Source: a virus
Length of the DNA stretch: 64,000 bases
IMG/VR virus record: IMGVR_UViG_3300037258_000514
Location: 111,953-175,952 of that record
Reading direction: 5' to 3' (one strand)
Below the pieces are notes generated by a model, which saw only the letters and a program-made list of their open reading frames with translations, ran no database searches and was not told where the DNA came from. Positions within the stretch are counted from its first letter, which is position 1. Each line of letters starts with the position of its first letter. Below, piece after piece: positions 59,812 through 64,000 of the stretch. Both the position numbers and the translations under genes were made by a program.

Positions 59812-60492
59812 ATGATTTCCCTTCTCTTACCGACAAGAAAACGTCCTGAAAAACTTGGTCTGATGGTTTCGTCTATTAAAGAGACAGCGTTTATTCAACC
59901 TGAAATAGTTGTTTATGTTGACAACGATGATAAAGCTAGTATACATAAAGCTAATGAACTTGGAGTTAATACTATCGTTGGGCCAAAACTTGTTTTTACA
60001 GACTACTGGAACAAGTGCTATGAAAAAGCAACAGGTGATATATTAATGATGGCTGCTGATGACTTAATTTTTAGAACACATAATTGGGACGTAATGGTAG
60101 AAGAGGAGTTTAAAAAATCTGAAGATAAAATTATCCTTGTTTACGGACGCGATTTGCACCCGCGGGTAAGCATTCCTTCTCACCCTATAATTCATCGTAA
60201 ATGGGTTGACGCTGTAGGATATTTTAGCCCGCCTTACTTTCAAAGCGGAGGGTGTGACATCTGGCTTAACGATGTTGCTGCTTTTCTCGAAAGGAAACAT
60301 TTCGTTGATTTTACTGCAGAACATATGCACTACACAGTAAGAAAAAGTGATCTAGATGAAACGTATAAGGCGCAGATTGCCCGACGTAAAGAATACAACG
60401 TAACAGATTTATATTATGCTATGATAACAGAACGAATGGAAGATGCTGCAAAACTTATGAATGTAATAGAGAAATCTGCCCCTGTACATTAA
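59812..60492 (+). CDS. GT2 glycosyltransferase, paralog of 41343-42011
   Basis: ISLLLPTRKRP...YVDNDD...ADD...WD...EHMH; ATG 59812 with GAGG SD. Confidence 0.85.
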   Translation: MISLLLPTRKRPEKLGLMVSSIKETAFIQPEIVVYVDNDDKASIHKANELGVNTIVGPKLVFTDYWNKCYEKATGDILMMAADDLIFRTHNWDVMVEEEFKKSEDKIILVYGRDLHPRVSIPSHPIIHRKWVDAVGYFSPPYFQSGGCDIWLNDVAAFLERKHFVDFTAEHMHYTVRKSDLDETYKAQIARRKEYNVTDLYYAMITERMEDAAKLMNVIEKSAPVH

Positions 60493-60851
60493 AACTACAT
60501 ATCTGACTCCCTGCTGGACCTCAACCCGATTCGAGCTAAGGCCGGAATCAATGGAGGAAATATGGACAATGTTACAGCGGAAATAAGAGTAACGGGACTC
60601 AAGGTTCAACCATTTGCCTACAAGGATGGGAACGGCGAGATGGTCGGCGGCGAGTCATTGGAAATGCGGGCGGCTGGTTTCTGGATTGACGAGGGTGACC
60701 ACCGAGCCGCTAACCACTTTCCCGTATCGCTTCACATGACCGTCTATCCGGGACACGATGTTGTTCCCGCTATAGGCGATTGCGTGAAAATCTCTGTAGA
60801 ACGCAGCAGTTAGGTAGTCAAGCGATCCGCAGAGAGTCAAGTATGTAGTTT
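60492..60851. mobile_element. inverted-repeat-bracketed single-gene cassette
   Basis: About 26-bp imperfect inverted repeats at 60492-60518 and 60826-60851; interior is GC-richer. Confidence 0.5.
60562..60813 (+). CDS. hypothetical protein inside the cassette
   Basis: GGAGG SD. Confidence 0.65.
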   Translation: MDNVTAEIRVTGLKVQPFAYKDGNGEMVGGESLEMRAAGFWIDEGDHRAANHFPVSLHMTVYPGHDVVPAIGDCVKISVERSS

Positions 60852-60861
60852 AGAGAAAACT

Positions 60862-61110
60862 ATGAAGCGTTGGATCATCTTCGCATTAGCCGCAGCAGTT
60901 GCAGTTGGGCGTATATTTATTACGCCGCGACTAACAAATATTCCGTCAACTGAAATGAGTTACGAAGCATTTGCTCACTTATTTGTGGGCGGATTGATTG
61001 GTATTTCATGGTACAACTGGCATGATGAAGAAGCAACGCTTTATGGACGTATTGGATGGGGATTAGCATTCTGGGAACTCGGATGTTTTATCGTACAGAA
61101 GTGTTTTTAG
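60862..61110 (+). CDS. small membrane protein
   Basis: Hydrophobic segments. Confidence 0.6.
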   Translation: MKRWIIFALAAAVAVGRIFITPRLTNIPSTEMSYEAFAHLFVGGLIGISWYNWHDEEATLYGRIGWGLAFWELGCFIVQKCF

Positions 61111-61116
61111 AAATCT

Positions 61117-61932
61117 ATGGCTAAGGGAACGTGGATTAGAACTGATGAGTTTCGTGAAGCTCAACGGCAAAGAGCTTTACAAGTGTACGAACGTAAATTA
61201 ACTTTAACAGGAAGTAAAGTTGATTATATAACTCCTGAGTATAGAACTAATCTTAGTGCCGGAGTCCGTAAAGCTTGGAAAGAAGGAAGACGCAAAGGTG
61301 GATGGAAATGTAGCGAAGAACATAATAGAAGTATTAGTTTAGCGTTAAAAGGAAAACCAAAATCTGAAGAACACAAAGCTAAACTTCGTGGACCAAGAAC
61401 AGAAGAGGAAAAGCTTCATATGCGTGAAGCTGCGTTGAATAGAACAGAAGAACAGAAACAACAAAGAAATACGCGCTATCAAATTTCTTTAGACCTTAAC
61501 GGCGGAAGAGAAAGAATAAGTGCGGCTAACAAAGGGATAAAACGATCAGAAACTACAAGAGCGCTAATTGTAGTAAATAGGGCAAAGTTAAAGTTTCCGT
61601 ATAACAATAGTAAACCTGAAGTAAAAACGCAGGAATATCTTCGTTCGATTAATGTTAGTTTTGAAACACACAAGAGACTAGAATTTTATCGTCTTCATAC
61701 TTACGATATTGTTATTACAGATAGAAAAGTAATAGTTGAAGTAGATGGATGTTACTGGCATGGATGTCCTCAACACTATCCGGAAAATTTAGATGAGCAG
61801 AAAGAGCGTGATCTCTTGCATACATCTATTGCTGAACAGAATGGTTGGAAAGTAATTCGAATATGGGAACATGAAATAAACTCGGGCGATTTTAGTAAGC
61901 TAATCGCTTTAATGGAGGGCAGGAATGGCTAA
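61117..61932 (+). CDS. free-standing homing endonuclease: NUMOD3 repeats plus Vsr/DUF559-like domain
   Basis: KGKPKSEEHKAKL; SKPE...YDI...VEVDGCYWHGC...GWKVIRIWE. Confidence 0.85.
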   Translation: MAKGTWIRTDEFREAQRQRALQVYERKLTLTGSKVDYITPEYRTNLSAGVRKAWKEGRRKGGWKCSEEHNRSISLALKGKPKSEEHKAKLRGPRTEEEKLHMREAALNRTEEQKQQRNTRYQISLDLNGGRERISAANKGIKRSETTRALIVVNRAKLKFPYNNSKPEVKTQEYLRSINVSFETHKRLEFYRLHTYDIVITDRKVIVEVDGCYWHGCPQHYPENLDEQKERDLLHTSIAEQNGWKVIRIWEHEINSGDFSKLIALMEGRNG

Positions 61933-64000
61933 AGTATGTATACTAGATAGCCCGTCATGGTTACTTTTCAACCCAAGACAATTCCTGCACCTCTAGGTAT
62001 ACTTTATTTAGCAGGCGCTCTTCGAAGAGCAGGACACGACGTCGAGGTTATTGATTGTCATGATGTAACTTCTTGGGATGCAGATAAACGAGAACTGATA
62101 ATTCATAGAGAGAAACTTACAAAGTGTGATATTGTTGGTATCTCTGCAACTACTGCAAACGTACACTGGGGCAAACAATTAGCAAAAGTATGGCCGGCAA
62201 AGTTTAAGGTGTTAGGTGGATCGCACGCTACTTATATTTTGAGAGGTCCACATGAGCAGTTTAAACGTCCTTCGTACTTTGAAGGGTTTAATTTTATTAT
62301 AATCGAAGAAGCTGAAGAAACTTTCGTTCAGTTCTGCGATGGTTTCGATAAAGGCGATGTATCACAAACGCCTAACCTGTGCTGGTTTAACGCACTCGGA
62401 ATGTTACAACGTAATCCTCATGCTGGATTACCTGATGTAGAAAAACTAGCTCCTCCGGCTTTTGATTTATGGCCTAGTCAATTTGCTGGTGGAGGATTAA
62501 GTGCAAACGGATATGATAGAAAACTGAACTTAAACGAAGCGATGACAGCTTCGATGTATAACAGTAGAGGATGCTTAGAAGCAGGAACACAAATTACACT
62601 AGCTAATGGAACTTTAAAATCTATTGAAGATTTACAGGAAGATGAAGAAGTTCAGTGTTTTGATCTTAATACAAAGAAGTTAGCAAGTGCTCCTATTAAA
62701 GTTACATGGGAGAGGGAAGCGAATGATCTATGGGAAATTGAATTAGAAAATGGTGTTATATTACATATAACAGGTGAGCATCCTGTATGGACAAAGGAAG
62801 GATGGCATATAGTTGAGAAAGTGTACGATGGTCAAGAAGTTTTGTTCTCAATGCGGGACAGAATTCCTTGTTTATCCTTCGCAAATACATCTGAAAACTT
62901 GTTCTCACAAATGCAGAGTAGAACTGTTAACGGAAACACTTACGAAGAAAGCAGCGGCGATGACCAAGGAAGAAAGAGCAAAATACTACGGTCATCCTCC
63001 GATTCCGTCTATAGAGACTCAAAGAGTTATTTCAGAAGGAAAGCGCGGAGACAAAAATCCAGCGAAACGCCCGGAAGTAGCAGCGAAGATTGCAAATACA
63101 GTGAAAACAAAGTATGGAGCTATTCTATCAGCTCAAATCAAAAAGCGTTGGCAAGCTGGAACAATGCCTTTGCCATGGCAAAGAATTGGTGGTATAGGAA
63201 TAGCGCCGAACAAGTCGGAATTGCTTCTAACACAGATACTAAACGAGAGTTTAACTCAATTCAAATATGTAGGAGATGGCAACTTCTGGATTGGGCCCTG
63301 CATCTCAGGTACGCGCCGCAATCCGGACTTTGTGGATTCAAAATCAAAAAAAGCTATACTTCTTCACGGCGAGTATTGGCATCCGGAGAAAGATGCTCAA
63401 GTAGAAGCTTTAGATTATCTAAACTACGGATGGAAAGTTTGCGTAATTTGGGATGCAGAATTGAGTATGAAGAACAGAATAATTCTTCAAAACAAGCTGA
63501 AGTTATTTGGACAAGAGTCATACGAAGGACATTTGTTGGGCATTCCAGCGTCTACAATATAACAATTCATCCTTACCATAACTATTTTGCAAATGGAGTT
63601 CTTGTTCATAACTGTCCTTATGGCTGCAGATTTTGTGCCGATGCCCGCACCAAAATACGTAATGAAAGTTTCGATCAAGTTGAAGGGCAAATTAAGCACC
63701 TTGCATCCTTGGGAGTATCAGCGATTCGGATTCAAGATGACGTTCTCACGATTAAAGCTGATAGATGTAAAAGGATTGCAGATATCCTCGATAATTATAA
63801 CATGAAGTGGCGTGGCAATACACGCGTAAATCTTACAGATCCAAACTTATTTAAGTACATGGCGAAACGTGGATGTATTGAGTTAGGTTTTGGCTGTGAG
63901 CATGGATCTGCAAAGATGTTAAAGTTAATGGATAAAGGTACTACGCCTGAGAAGAACACAGAAGGGATCAAGATGTGTCAAGAAGCCGGCATGGTTGCTA
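61925..64000 (+). CDS. B12-binding radical SAM enzyme, intein-interrupted, frameshift near the start, runs off the window
   Basis: PLGILYLAGALRRAGHDVEVID, VGIS, VLGGSHAT, SRG|intein|CPYGCRFC, IQDD, GCEHGS; main frame open 61957-64000 by manual translation. Confidence 0.88.
62572..63612 (+). mobile_element. intein, 347 aa
   Basis: CLEAGTQITLANG..KSIEDL; TGEHPVWT..GW; VYNITI..YHNYFANGVLVHN followed by Cys. Confidence 0.92.
62813..63562 (+). CDS. Vsr/DUF559-like endonuclease nested in the +1 frame of the intein
   Basis: CSQC...CSHKC; GDKNPAKRPEV; PNKSE...YVGDGNFWI...NPDFV...HGEYWH...GWKVCVIWD. Confidence 0.8.
   Translation: MRKCTMVKKFCSQCGTEFLVYPSQIHLKTCSHKCRVELLTETLTKKAAAMTKEERAKYYGHPPIPSIETQRVISEGKRGDKNPAKRPEVAAKIANTVKTKYGAILSAQIKKRWQAGTMPLPWQRIGGIGIAPNKSELLLTQILNESLTQFKYVGDGNFWIGPCISGTRRNPDFVDSKSKKAILLHGEYWHPEKDAQVEALDYLNYGWKVCVIWDAELSMKNRIILQNKLKLFGQESYEGHLLGIPASTI

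Noticed and set aside
61990-62010. TAG recoding to explain the radical SAM break
   Set aside because: Readthrough meets another TAG within five codons; homology continues in a different frame; TAG is a normal stop elsewhere
63587-63805. 72-aa plus-strand ORF
   Set aside because: Out-of-frame overlap of the radical SAM domain with no recognisable motif

Overview
This is a 64-kb slice of a large tailed dsDNA bacteriophage genome read in the standard bacterial code, AT-rich overall. I found no rRNA, tRNA or CRISPR array. About 1-37.3 kb is a minus-strand early/accessory block: rIIA/rIIB-like pair, SNF2 helicase, a Ycf46-like AAA+/DUF1257/DUF2997/DUF3150-like module, free-standing homing endonucleases, and dozens of small hypothetical genes separated by long hairpins. 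A repeat-rich strand-switch zone lies at about 33.3-37.7 kb. From about 37.7 kb the plus strand encodes glycosyltransferases, terminase subunits, portal, head morphogenesis protein, a possible lysis cassette (Tlde1/DUF2778-like, PAS and membrane proteins), prohead protease, scaffold-like protein, major capsid protein and an intein-containing B12-binding radical SAM enzyme that runs off the window. A few protein motifs weakly hint at an Acidobacteriota-like host. Top observations: (1) an unannotated gene with an in-frame TGA followed by a bacterial SECIS-like hairpin, a candidate phage selenoprotein; (2) five clustered but otherwise unrelated proteins sharing a C-terminal R-x-[VI]-R-[LF]-[ED]-D tag, near an AAA+ ATPase whose Walker B block precedes Walker A; (3) an intein that hides a complete endonuclease gene in its +1 frame; (4) a major capsid protein with a Cys-initiated CFI-box-like C-terminal domain, surrounded by glycosyltransferases. 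Family names come from motif recognition by eye, not database searches.
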